The notes beneath the pieces were generated by a model. The model searched no databases and was not told the origin of the DNA. It saw only the letters and a list, made by a program, of their open reading frames with translations. This document shows, in pieces, positions 22,068 to 35,455 of a stretch of DNA of 64,000 nt. This DNA comes from Candidatus Binatia bacterium. GTDB taxonomy: Bacteria > Desulfobacterota > Binatia > UBA1149 > CAITLU01. Both the position numbers and the translations under genes were made by a program. The stretch covers positions 22,054-86,053 of the forward strand of contig DASXOZ010000041.1 in the NCBI GenBank assembly GCA_036493895.1, read 5' to 3'. How positions within the stretch are numbered: position 1 is the stretch's first letter; every line of letters starts with the position of its first letter.

Positions 22068-22117
22068 GCTCACCGAGGGCCCTGCGTCCCGCACGTTTCG
22101 GACGAACCGGAGCGGAT

Positions 22118-22948
22118 TCACATCGGCTTTTCGCCGAAGTTGCAGCCCTCGGCCGGGGCAGACGCGGGGCCGGCTGCGCGCCCGAGGTCCGCCAGATCGG
22201 CAGGCCGGGAGCGCGGGACCCAGTACGGAACCCTCGAGCGGTAACGCTCGAAGCGCTCGCCGTAGAGAGCCAGGTAGCGTCGCTCCTTGTGGAGGGGGGC
22301 CAGCACGCAGTATCCCGTCCACGCGACGGCCACGATCAGGTGGTCGAGTGTCCAGACCGGAGCGGTCCACAGTATCAGCGCGAACGCGACATAGACGGGC
22401 TGCCTGACCCAGCGGAAGGTGCCGCGCGGCTCGAAAGCGGAGTAGCGCGGAGTTTTTCCCCGAACGACCGACCCCCAACCGAGATAGCCGGTCTGAACGC
22501 CGAGGCCGGCATCCATCATCGTTCGAAGCAGCAGCAGCCACGAAGCCGCGTAAGCGAGCGACGCGCCCGCAAGCGCGATGCCGCGAGGCGCCATCTGCCA
22601 CGTCGACAACGGGGACCACAACACGAACGTCGCCAGCAACTGCCAGGCCGCGATCGTGGCGAATGTCGTCGTACCCAGAGCTGCGCCGAGGCCGGAAGGC
22701 GCAAGGCGCGCAAGAGCGCGCCGGCCGCCGCGCGACAACAACAGCGAGTGCAGCACGGGGAACTGCACGAGCAGCAGTGCATCGGCGGCGGCGCCAGCGC
22801 TGCCTTGCAACGTGCCGATGCCGACGCGCATGCCGGTGTAGAGCCCGGCAATCATCGACGCGACGGCGGCCGCGAACGACAGGTGGCACGCGATGCCCCA
22901 CGCCAGCGCGACCCGGCGATGCGCGGGCGGCAATGATGTCGTGCTCAC
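22118..22948 (-). CDS. second ICMT/PEMT/NnrU-family membrane methyltransferase-like protein
   Basis: Multiple TM segments plus FRWVRQPVYVAFALILW motif; putative GTG start overlaps the YceI-like stop. The N-terminal extension in the listed ORF is rejected. Confidence 0.55.
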   Translation of the reverse strand: MSTTSLPPAHRRVALAWGIACHLSFAAAVASMIAGLYTGMRVGIGTLQGSAGAAADALLLVQFPVLHSLLLSRGGRRALARLAPSGLGAALGTTTFATIAAWQLLATFVLWSPLSTWQMAPRGIALAGASLAYAASWLLLLRTMMDAGLGVQTGYLGWGSVVRGKTPRYSAFEPRGTFRWVRQPVYVAFALILWTAPVWTLDHLIVAVAWTGYCVLAPLHKERRYLALYGERFERYRSRVPYWVPRSRPADLADLGRAAGPASAPAEGCNFGEKPM

Positions 22949-23661
22949 GAGGGCCGCCTTTGATCGCGCGAGAGCCCAGCGGCCGCGACTGCCGGCCAAG
23001 GCTGCTGCACGGCCGCAACGGCGGTGCTGATCCGCACGTGGCCGGTCACGTGGACGTCGTCCTCGACGCGGATGAGGCCCAGCACCGTCGGTGCTTCGAG
23101 CTGGAAATCCTTCAGAGACAGGTGCGCATCGGCATCGAAGGAAACATTCGGCCCCCTGGACTGCCAGTCGCTCACTGCGACGACCACGTCGCGCGAGACG
23201 CCGGCGATGACCACGACCCCATGGAGTTGTCCCTGCCCCCGCGCTGCGTCGGGATTGACGGCAGGAAACGATACGCGGATCGACGGCGCACGGTCGGCGT
23301 GCAGCATCTCGCGCATCTTTGCGTCGCGAGAGTCGTTGTCGGTGGTCATGCCGGAGACGGGAATGGAGAACTCGACGTCCCACGCACCTGCAGCGGCGGC
23401 CGGGTGCAGTGTCGTGGTCACGCGCGGCGCCTTGCCTTCGAAGTCGTGCAGCGAAGAGCTGCCGGCAAACGTGATGTCGCAGGTTGCCTGCGCAGAGCCG
23501 CTTTCCTGCGGTACTCCTTGTGGGACTCCTTGCGGGGCTTCCTGTGCGACGGAATCGCTGTGCGCACCGGCCGTGACCAGCAGGAGCGTGAGAAGCATCG
23601 CCGCACCGCGTGATGCCGGAACAAGACCTCCACCCATGGCGCATACCGATACGCGCAGCAT
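22945..23661 (-). CDS. YceI-family periplasmic lipid/polyisoprenoid-binding protein
   Basis: Signal peptide (RGAAMLLTLLLVTAGAHS) followed by YceI-like beta-barrel motifs (FAGSSSLHDFEG, TDNDSRDAKMRE). Confidence 0.65.
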   Translation of the reverse strand: MLRVSVCAMGGGLVPASRGAAMLLTLLLVTAGAHSDSVAQEAPQGVPQGVPQESGSAQATCDITFAGSSSLHDFEGKAPRVTTTLHPAAAAGAWDVEFSIPVSGMTTDNDSRDAKMREMLHADRAPSIRVSFPAVNPDAARGQGQLHGVVVIAGVSRDVVVAVSDWQSRGPNVSFDADAHLSLKDFQLEAPTVLGLIRVEDDVHVTGHVRISTAVAAVQQPWPAVAAAGLSRDQRRPS

Positions 23662-23947
23662 GCATGCGCTTCAAGGGACGAAGTGAAAATATCTTCATTG
23701 CGTGCGCTGCGTATGCGCGCACAGCACGTGCACGAGCAGTCCGGTAATTCACTGCGCGATGCCGATTCCCGCGCGTGACAAATTCGCGCACTGCAAGGTT
23801 CACGAAGTCGTCATCCGATGCGCGGGACGAAATGCGCGCAATTTGCGGCAAAAGGCGACGGTGCCGTGGGCTCGATCACGCGCACGCAACTGCGCCCGTA
23901 CGCTTGCTTCATCGTTCCGTCACGACGCGCACGGCCCGCAACGGACT

Positions 23948-24774
23948 TCACGCGTTGCGAAAATATTTTGCCGGAGTCGTTCCGAGATTTTCGCGAAACA
24001 CCTGGATGAAGGCGCTCGTGCTGGCATAGCCGAGATGGACGGCGACCGTCGTGACGGAATCGCCGGCGCCGAGCCGTTCGAGCCCTCGCAGCAGGCGCAG
24101 CTGCTGGCGCCAGCGCATCAGCGTCATGCCGGTCTGCTGGGGAAACAGCCGCGCCAGGCTCCTCTCGCTGACAGCGGCCACGCGTGCCCAGGCGGCCGAC
24201 TCGCGAGAGTCGGCGGGATCGGCCACGAGAGCATCGCAGATCTTTCGCAGCCTGGCATCGGACGGCATCGGCAGCTCCAGCGCGGATACACCGGCAGCCG
24301 AAAGCTCGTCGAACAGCACGGCCACGAGGCGACGTTGCCGCTGCTCGTCCAAGGCAGCGTCGGTCTCGGCAATCCGCGTCGCGATCTCGCGCAGCAGCGG
24401 CGAGACGCGCAGTACGCCGCAGCGCTTCGGCGCTGCGCTCGGAAGAACGCGCGCCGTGAAGTACAGCGTGCGCATGCGCACGCTGCCGGTCATCCGGATC
24501 GAGTGCACGACGCCGGGCGGAACCCACAGCGCACGCAAGGGCGGCACGACCCAGAGCCCGGACGAGGTCTGCACGGTCATCACGCCTTCGATGGCGTAGA
24601 CGAGCTGGGCGCGGCGGTGGCGGTGGCGGGCCAGCACGTTGCCGTGCGCGAAATCGGCGGCGATTCCCGAAACGTCCCGTTTCTCGTCGCCGGCGGCGAC
24701 GACCGGCGCTGCTGCCGCATCATCAACCTGCAATTTGCGCGGGCGCACCTTACGGGGCGACGCAATCTGGCGGG
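23948..24774 (-). CDS. AraC-family transcriptional regulator (cupin sensor + AraC HTH)
   Basis: C-terminal AraC HTH (RSLARLFPQQTGMTLMRWRQQLRL...VHLGYASTSAFIQVFRENLGTTP) with an N-terminal cupin-like region; start taken at the internal ATG. Confidence 0.75.
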
Positions 24775-24830
24775 ATCGCGGCATCTTTCGGCAGCATAGG
24801 GCAAGACGGCCCCCCGGCAAGCGCGAGACA

Positions 24831-25433
24831 ATGCCACCCATGAACCGCTTTCATCGCTGGTACTGCCGTTCCTCCCATTGGCGCCGCACTGTGCGCGAGC
24901 GCCTGCTGCCGTGGGCCCTGGCCGGAGTGGATCTCGGTGAGCACGTGCTCGAGATCGGACCCGGTCCGGGCCTGACGACGGATGTGCTGCGCACCAGGGT
25001 CGCGCGCCTGACTGCCGTCGAGATCGACGCGCGGCTGGCTGCCGCGCTTGCACTGCGCACGCGCGGCACGAACGTCGTCGTGCACGAGGCCGATGCGACA
25101 GCGCTGCCGCTGGCCGATGGCTCGGTGACGGCAGTGGTCTGCTTCACGATGATGCATCACGTGCCGTCGCGAACGCTGCAGGACCACGTGCTCGCCGAGG
25201 CGGCAAGGGTGCTGGTTCCCGGTGGAACGTTTGCCGGATCGGACAGTACGGACAGCTGCTGGATGCGCATGATCCACCGCGGCGACACGCTGGTCGCGCT
25301 CGATCCGGCGACGTTCGCCGCGCGGCTTGCCAATGCAGGCTTCGTCGACGTGATGGTGAGCCGGGCGGCGGGCGCTTTCCGCTTTCGCGCGAGAAAGCCG
25401 CCCGCCACCCCTTCGCCGCAGGTAACGGCCTGA
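24831..25433 (+). CDS. class I SAM-dependent methyltransferase
   Basis: Motif I VLEIGPGPGLTT and motif post-I. ATG at 24831; the upstream part of the listed ORF is rejected. Divergent from the AraC gene. Confidence 0.7.
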   Translation: MPPMNRFHRWYCRSSHWRRTVRERLLPWALAGVDLGEHVLEIGPGPGLTTDVLRTRVARLTAVEIDARLAAALALRTRGTNVVVHEADATALPLADGSVTAVVCFTMMHHVPSRTLQDHVLAEAARVLVPGGTFAGSDSTDSCWMRMIHRGDTLVALDPATFAARLANAGFVDVMVSRAAGAFRFRARKPPATPSPQVTA

Positions 25434-25442
25434 ACAGACGGC

Positions 25443-27485
25443 TCAGCGACCCTGGCTGATTTCCCTTTCGGTCTGGTCGCCCTGCCCTTGCAGATCCTGC
25501 ACCGCAGCGGCCGCGCGGTCGTCGGGCTGAGGGGGCGGGACTTCGCCCTGCGTTACCCCTGCGTCAGGAGCCTGCGGCAGACCCTCGCCGCCGGCAGCGA
25601 GACTCCTCAGCCCGTTGTCGATCTGCTCACGGAATCGGTTGTGCATCTCCTGCAGGTCGGCGACCTGCACGCGCGGCTTGGCGCTTACCGGGCAGTCGCC
25701 CTGCTTGCTCGCAGTGACTCGTACGCCGATCGCATTGTCGTCACCGGGCGTGTCGTCGAGGCGGCCGAGCACGTCCCCGGCTGTGAGCTCGCACTCCTGA
25801 CCGTCGGGAGTCGGCACCGTCAGGCTGTCGGCGACGACGAACACCGAGATCGTCGGATCCAGCACCGGAAGCGCGACGGAGGATGCATCGGGCGGAGGCT
25901 GGTCAGGATACGAGGCAGCTTCGCGCTGCGCCTTCAGGTCGGCTTCGACCTGCGCGGCAATCGCCTGCTTGACCTCCGGGCTGAGTCGAACCGGGCCGCT
26001 CGACGGAGCGGGAGTGGGCTCGGGCTCGGCGGGCTGCGTCGCAGGCGGCGCCTGGTCGTAGCCCGGGGCAGCCGGCTGCTGGTAGTAGTCGGGTGCAGGA
26101 GCCTCAGGCGCATACACTGGCGGCGGTGCATAGGCCGCCTGCGACGCCGCGTACGCGAGCTGCAGGTTGGCCGCGAGCAGGTAGTCGGTCAGCCAGAAAG
26201 CCGCCGACGGATAGTAGGCCTCCGGCGCGAAATACCCTCCGTAGTAGCCGACCCACGGCGAGCCGTACCAACCCCAGTGATAGTAGACGTGCGACGGCCA
26301 CGGATCGCATGCCCATCCGTAGAACCCGGAGTGGTAGTAATGCGCGGGCGCGTAGACGTAGTAGGGATGGTCGTGCCAGACCGACTCGCGATACGCGTAG
26401 GCGTACGTATGCCCGCCGTGCACGTACGTGCGCTGCACGTACTGATGGCCGTGGTTCGTCATGTAATTTCGTTCGGTGAAGCCATGGTCCCTTCCCATGC
26501 TGACGACGCGCTGCCGGCCCGTCGGGTCGCGCCGCTCGACGACGCGATCCTGGGGCTTGAGCCCGCGTCGAACCTCGACGCCGTTCTGGGCGCGGATCTC
26601 TCGAACGCGGCCGCGATTGTCCGATCGTACTTCGTTGCCTTTTACCTGCGCGACCCTGCGCTCGGGCTGGCGGACACGACCCGCGGCCTGGGCGTTGTCG
26701 CGCTCGCCGCGGCGGGTCGGCTCGCCGGGAGTACCGTTTTCCCCGAGATGCTGCCCGCGCTCGCGACCCGTCGGACTCGCGTTGTCGGTGCCACGGTGGC
26801 CGTGCTCGACATCGGCGCCGCGCTCCTGGCCGCGCGCGCCGCGTTCCTGTCCAACGGCCCCGCGCTGTTGGCCCGCACCGCCCTCCTGTCCAACCGCGCC
26901 GCGCTGCTGGCCGTGCGTTGAGCGGTCGTTGTTTCGTCCGCGCTCGTCCTGCAGTTGCTGCGCCTGTCCGCCGTGTTTCTCGCCGCGGTTATCGAATCCC
27001 TGCGCCGCGCCGGCTTCGTGTCCGCCGCGGTCGGCGCCTCCCTGCCCATGCATCTGCTGGCCGTGCTGGCGCTGCTCCGGGAACTGCTGCTGCTGGGGAA
27101 CCGCCTGGCGATGCTCCTGCCGCTGCTCGGGAAACTGCTGCTGCTGCGGATAGGCCTGGCGATGGTCGGGGAACTGCTGAGGGGCGTGCGGCTGGAAAGC
27201 CGGGCGCTCGTGAACCTGGGGCTGCCCTCCGAAGGTCTGCTGGTGCTGGGGCGGGGCCGAGAAACCGCCTCCGCGGGGCGCAGCGGGCGCGGGTTGCCCG
27301 AACTGCGGCGCCTGGTGCTGGCCGCCGCCGCCCCCCCCACCCCCCTGCTGTTTCGGGTGCTCCGGCGCGTTCTGCACCGCTTGCGGGTGCTGTGCGAAGG
27401 CCGCGCAGGGGACCGCCAGCAAGGCGGCGACGGCGGCGATCGACACAAAGGGTCCAAAACAGGCGCGGCGGGTTGATTCCGACAT
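25443..27485 (-). CDS. secreted hypothetical protein, Gln/Gly/Arg-rich low complexity with an aromatic (Tyr/Trp/His)-rich segment
   Basis: ATG at 27485 with GGAGG RBS; signal peptide FGPFVSIAAVAALLAVPCAAFAQ; internal repeats (QQQQFPEQRQ, GQQRGAVGQE); no family recognised. Confidence 0.55.
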   Translation of the reverse strand: MSESTRRACFGPFVSIAAVAALLAVPCAAFAQHPQAVQNAPEHPKQQGGGGGGGGQHQAPQFGQPAPAAPRGGGFSAPPQHQQTFGGQPQVHERPAFQPHAPQQFPDHRQAYPQQQQFPEQRQEHRQAVPQQQQFPEQRQHGQQMHGQGGADRGGHEAGAAQGFDNRGEKHGGQAQQLQDERGRNNDRSTHGQQRGAVGQEGGAGQQRGAVGQERGARGQERGADVEHGHRGTDNASPTGRERGQHLGENGTPGEPTRRGERDNAQAAGRVRQPERRVAQVKGNEVRSDNRGRVREIRAQNGVEVRRGLKPQDRVVERRDPTGRQRVVSMGRDHGFTERNYMTNHGHQYVQRTYVHGGHTYAYAYRESVWHDHPYYVYAPAHYYHSGFYGWACDPWPSHVYYHWGWYGSPWVGYYGGYFAPEAYYPSAAFWLTDYLLAANLQLAYAASQAAYAPPPVYAPEAPAPDYYQQPAAPGYDQAPPATQPAEPEPTPAPSSGPVRLSPEVKQAIAAQVEADLKAQREAASYPDQPPPDASSVALPVLDPTISVFVVADSLTVPTPDGQECELTAGDVLGRLDDTPGDDNAIGVRVTASKQGDCPVSAKPRVQVADLQEMHNRFREQIDNGLRSLAAGGEGLPQAPDAGVTQGEVPPPQPDDRAAAAVQDLQGQGDQTEREISQGR

Positions 27486-27691
27486 TCCAGCCTCCGGGAA
27501 ATCCTGCTCAGAGCAGATGGTTCCGTTGCGTCTTCGAGTCCGTTCCTGCGGATCCTGGCCTTTTGCCTGGCGTCCGCGGGGACAGCGTCATTCTGCCGCC
27601 TGGGTGGGGCACGCCGATAGAGACGCAAGTCACGGTTGGAAATTCTGTTGGAACGCAGGGGCTCCTTCAACCCGACCGCCGGGCATTCGCC

Positions 27692-30907
<3,216 letters not shown>

Positions 30908-30910
30908 TGC

Positions 30911-32128
30911 TCAGCTCGCTTGCTCGGGATGGCGGTCGCTGCGGGCCTCGATTTCGCCCTCGATGCCGCTTTTGGAGCGCGTCTTCATCGATTCGACGAA
31001 ACGGCCGAACAGCGGCTCGGCGTCGTGGGGGCCGGGCGAAGCCTCGGGGTGGTACTGCACCGAGAAGATCGGCAGCTCGCGGTGCGCGAAGCCTTCGACG
31101 GTGCGGTCGTTCAGGTTGACGTGCGTGACTCTCAGGGCCGGCGGCATCGAGGATTCGTCGACGGCAAAGCCGTGGTTCTGCGACGTGATCGAGACCCGGC
31201 CCGTATCGACTTCGAGCACCGGCTGGTTGCCGCCGTGGTGGCCGAACTTCATTTTGTACGTCGTCGCCCCGAGAGCCAGCGCGAGGATCTGGTGGCCGAG
31301 GCAGATGCCGAAGGTCGGCATCGTCGGCGCAAGCTCGGCGACGACGTCGATCGCACCGCGTACCGCGTCAGGATCGCCGGGTCCGTTCGAAAGGAACAGG
31401 CCGTCGGCGCCGAGCTCGCGGATCTGCGCGGCGCCGCTGCCGGCCGGCACCACGAGCACGCGACATCCGCTGGCGACCAGGCTGCGCGCGATGTTGAGCT
31501 TGAGACCGTAGTCGAACGCGACGACGAGCGGCCCCCGCCCGCTTCCGGTTTGTCCGGGCCGCAGCAGCGTGCCCTCGGCGTAACCTTTCTCGAGGTCCCA
31601 GGTCCCGCCGGTCCAGCGATAGCGCGACTTCGTGCTCACTGCCGTGGCCAGGTCCTGCCCGACGAGGCTTGCGCGCGATGCCGCCTCGCGCACGAGAGCG
31701 GCCTCGTCGACCTCGCCGGTGGCCATCACGGCCTGCTGGGCGCCGTGGTCGCGGATGTGGCGCACCAGCGCACGCGTGTCGATCCACTCGACGCCGACGA
31801 TCGCGTTGTCCTTCATATACTCGCCGAGGGACTTCTCGGCGCGCCAGTTGCTCGGCGTGTCCCAGTATTCCTTGACGACGAAGCCGCTGAGGTATGGGCG
31901 CGACGATTCGACGTCCTCCTGGTTGATCCCGACGTTGCCGATCTCGGGGTACGTCATCACGACGATCTGCCCGTCGTAGGACGGGTCCGTCAGGATTTCC
32001 TGGTAACCCGACAGCGAAGTGTTGAAGACGACTTCGCCTCCCGCCTTGCCTTCGGCGCCGAAGCCGCGTCCGCGAAATACCCGGCCGTCGGCCAGGGTGA
32101 TGGTTGCCTTCACCTTGCGTCCTCCCAC
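30911..32128 (-). CDS. carA: carbamoyl-phosphate synthase small subunit (glutamine amidotransferase)
   Basis: CarA N-domain plus class I GATase triad region (GICLGHQ, HPE). Confidence 0.9.
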   Translation of the reverse strand: MGGRKVKATITLADGRVFRGRGFGAEGKAGGEVVFNTSLSGYQEILTDPSYDGQIVVMTYPEIGNVGINQEDVESSRPYLSGFVVKEYWDTPSNWRAEKSLGEYMKDNAIVGVEWIDTRALVRHIRDHGAQQAVMATGEVDEAALVREAASRASLVGQDLATAVSTKSRYRWTGGTWDLEKGYAEGTLLRPGQTGSGRGPLVVAFDYGLKLNIARSLVASGCRVLVVPAGSGAAQIRELGADGLFLSNGPGDPDAVRGAIDVVAELAPTMPTFGICLGHQILALALGATTYKMKFGHHGGNQPVLEVDTGRVSITSQNHGFAVDESSMPPALRVTHVNLNDRTVEGFAHRELPIFSVQYHPEASPGPHDAEPLFGRFVESMKTRSKSGIEGEIEARSDRHPEQAS

Positions 32129-33471
32129 ACCACGGTCCCGCCGACCAGCGTCCAGACCGCCTTTCCCTTGAGCTTCCAGCCTTCGAACGGCGTGTTACGA
32201 CTCTTCGTCGCCATCGCGTCGGCGTGCAGCGTCCATTCGCGCTCCGGATCGAAGACGACGATGTCGGCCACCGCGCCCACCGCCAGGCTTCCGCGCCCGA
32301 TTCCGAGCACCCGCGACGGCCGCACCGACATCGCATCGATCATGCGGCCGAGGTCGATGCAGCCGCGCCGCACGAGCTCGAGCGAAAGAGGCAGCATCGT
32401 CTCCAGTCCGACGATGCCGAAGGCCGCCTTGTCGAACTCGCAGACCTTCTCGTCGCGGTGATGCGGCGCATGATCGGTTGCGATCGCATCGATCGTGCCG
32501 TCGGCCAGCCCGCGGCGGACCGCCTCGACGTCGCCCACGCTGCGCAGCGGCGGCTTCATCTTGGCATTCGTGTTGTAGGACTCGACGGCCGTGTCGTCGA
32601 GGATGAAGTGGTGCGGCGTCGCTTCGGCCGTCACGTCCAGGCCTTCGGCCTTGGCGCGCCGGACCATCTCGACGGCCTCGGCGCACGAAATGTGCGCGAT
32701 GTGCAGCCGGCCTTTCGACGTCCTGAGCAGCTCGATGTCGCGCGCCACCATCACCGACTCGCCCGCCGACGGCATGCCCTTGAGCCCGAGGCGCACCGAC
32801 ATGCCGCCCTCGTGCATCACGGCGCCGCAGCAAAGTCCCGGGTCTTCCTCGTGCACGATCACCGGCAGGTGGAACATGCGCGCGTACTCGAGCGCGCGCC
32901 GCATCAACGCACTGTCGACGACCGGCATGCCGTCGTCGGACACGGCGACGATGCCGGCTTCGACCATCTCGCCGAACTCGGCCATGCGCTCGCCGGCAAG
33001 CCCTACCGAGACCGCGCCGATCGGGAAAACGTTCGCGAAACCTGCTTTTCGTGCCTTCTCGAGGATGTACTGCGTGACCGCGGCGTTGTCGTTGACCGGA
33101 TCGGTGTTGGCCATGCAGGCCACCGAGGTGACCCCGCCGGCCACTGCCGCGCGACAGCCGGTCTCGATCGTCTCCTTGTACTCGAATCCGGGCTCGCGAA
33201 GGTGGACGTGCATGTCGACGAAGCCCGGCGCGACGATGAGGCCGCTCGCATCGAGGACCGGCGTCTCTTCGCTCATGCCCGGCATTGCGAGCTGGGCCGG
33301 ATCGAGGCTGCCCGGCTCGCCGATGGCGGAAATGCGGCCGTTCTCGACCAGAACATCGTAGCGACCGTCGCGGCCGCCGGCCGGATCGATGACGCGCCCG
33401 CCGCGGATGAGCAGCGCTGCAGGCGCAGGGCGGGTGTTTCGCGACGTCGCGATGGCATTCGAGTTGGGCAT
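32110..33471 (-). CDS. pyrC: dihydroorotase (multimeric type)
   Basis: 453 aa with metal-binding HVHLREPG and a carboxylated-Lys region; ATG at 33471 verified; the listed upstream extension is rejected. Confidence 0.85.
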   Translation of the reverse strand: MPNSNAIATSRNTRPAPAALLIRGGRVIDPAGGRDGRYDVLVENGRISAIGEPGSLDPAQLAMPGMSEETPVLDASGLIVAPGFVDMHVHLREPGFEYKETIETGCRAAVAGGVTSVACMANTDPVNDNAAVTQYILEKARKAGFANVFPIGAVSVGLAGERMAEFGEMVEAGIVAVSDDGMPVVDSALMRRALEYARMFHLPVIVHEEDPGLCCGAVMHEGGMSVRLGLKGMPSAGESVMVARDIELLRTSKGRLHIAHISCAEAVEMVRRAKAEGLDVTAEATPHHFILDDTAVESYNTNAKMKPPLRSVGDVEAVRRGLADGTIDAIATDHAPHHRDEKVCEFDKAAFGIVGLETMLPLSLELVRRGCIDLGRMIDAMSVRPSRVLGIGRGSLAVGAVADIVVFDPEREWTLHADAMATKSRNTPFEGWKLKGKAVWTLVGGTVVWEDAR

Positions 33472-33503
33472 CGATCGTCGTTCCTGTTCGCCGGATGGCG
33501 CCG

Positions 33504-35160
<1,657 letters not shown>

Positions 35161-35180
35161 TCACCACCTGCTTCAAGTTC

Positions 35181-35216
35181 GCACCCTTCCCGGCCTCTCA
35201 GGGCCGGATTAAAGAG
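35181..35216 (-). promoter_or_regulatory. candidate PyrR-binding anti-antiterminator hairpin in the pyr leader RNA
   Basis: Minus-strand RNA CUCUUUAAUCCGGCCCUGAGAGGCCGGGAAGG resembles the conserved PyrR binding loop (UUUAA..UCC..GAGAGGC..GGAAGG). Confidence 0.55.
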
Positions 35217-35455
35217 CCAATCGGCGCTCTCGGCGCCGCCGGCAGCCCGTTGCTGCCATCCGCGCTGATACGGGAGCCGGTTGTTCGTGTCAACGTCGTC
35301 CAGCGCCGCCGGATGCCGTTATGCAGCACAGCGACGGCGCTGATCCCCGCAGGCACCGCTGCGGCCAGTCCCAAGCCAGCGACCTTGCATCCGTTTCGAT
35401 CCAGCGGCCCGCGCGCGGCGCGCCGCCGCCGGGTGCGGCTCGCCGGAGCAGCCGT

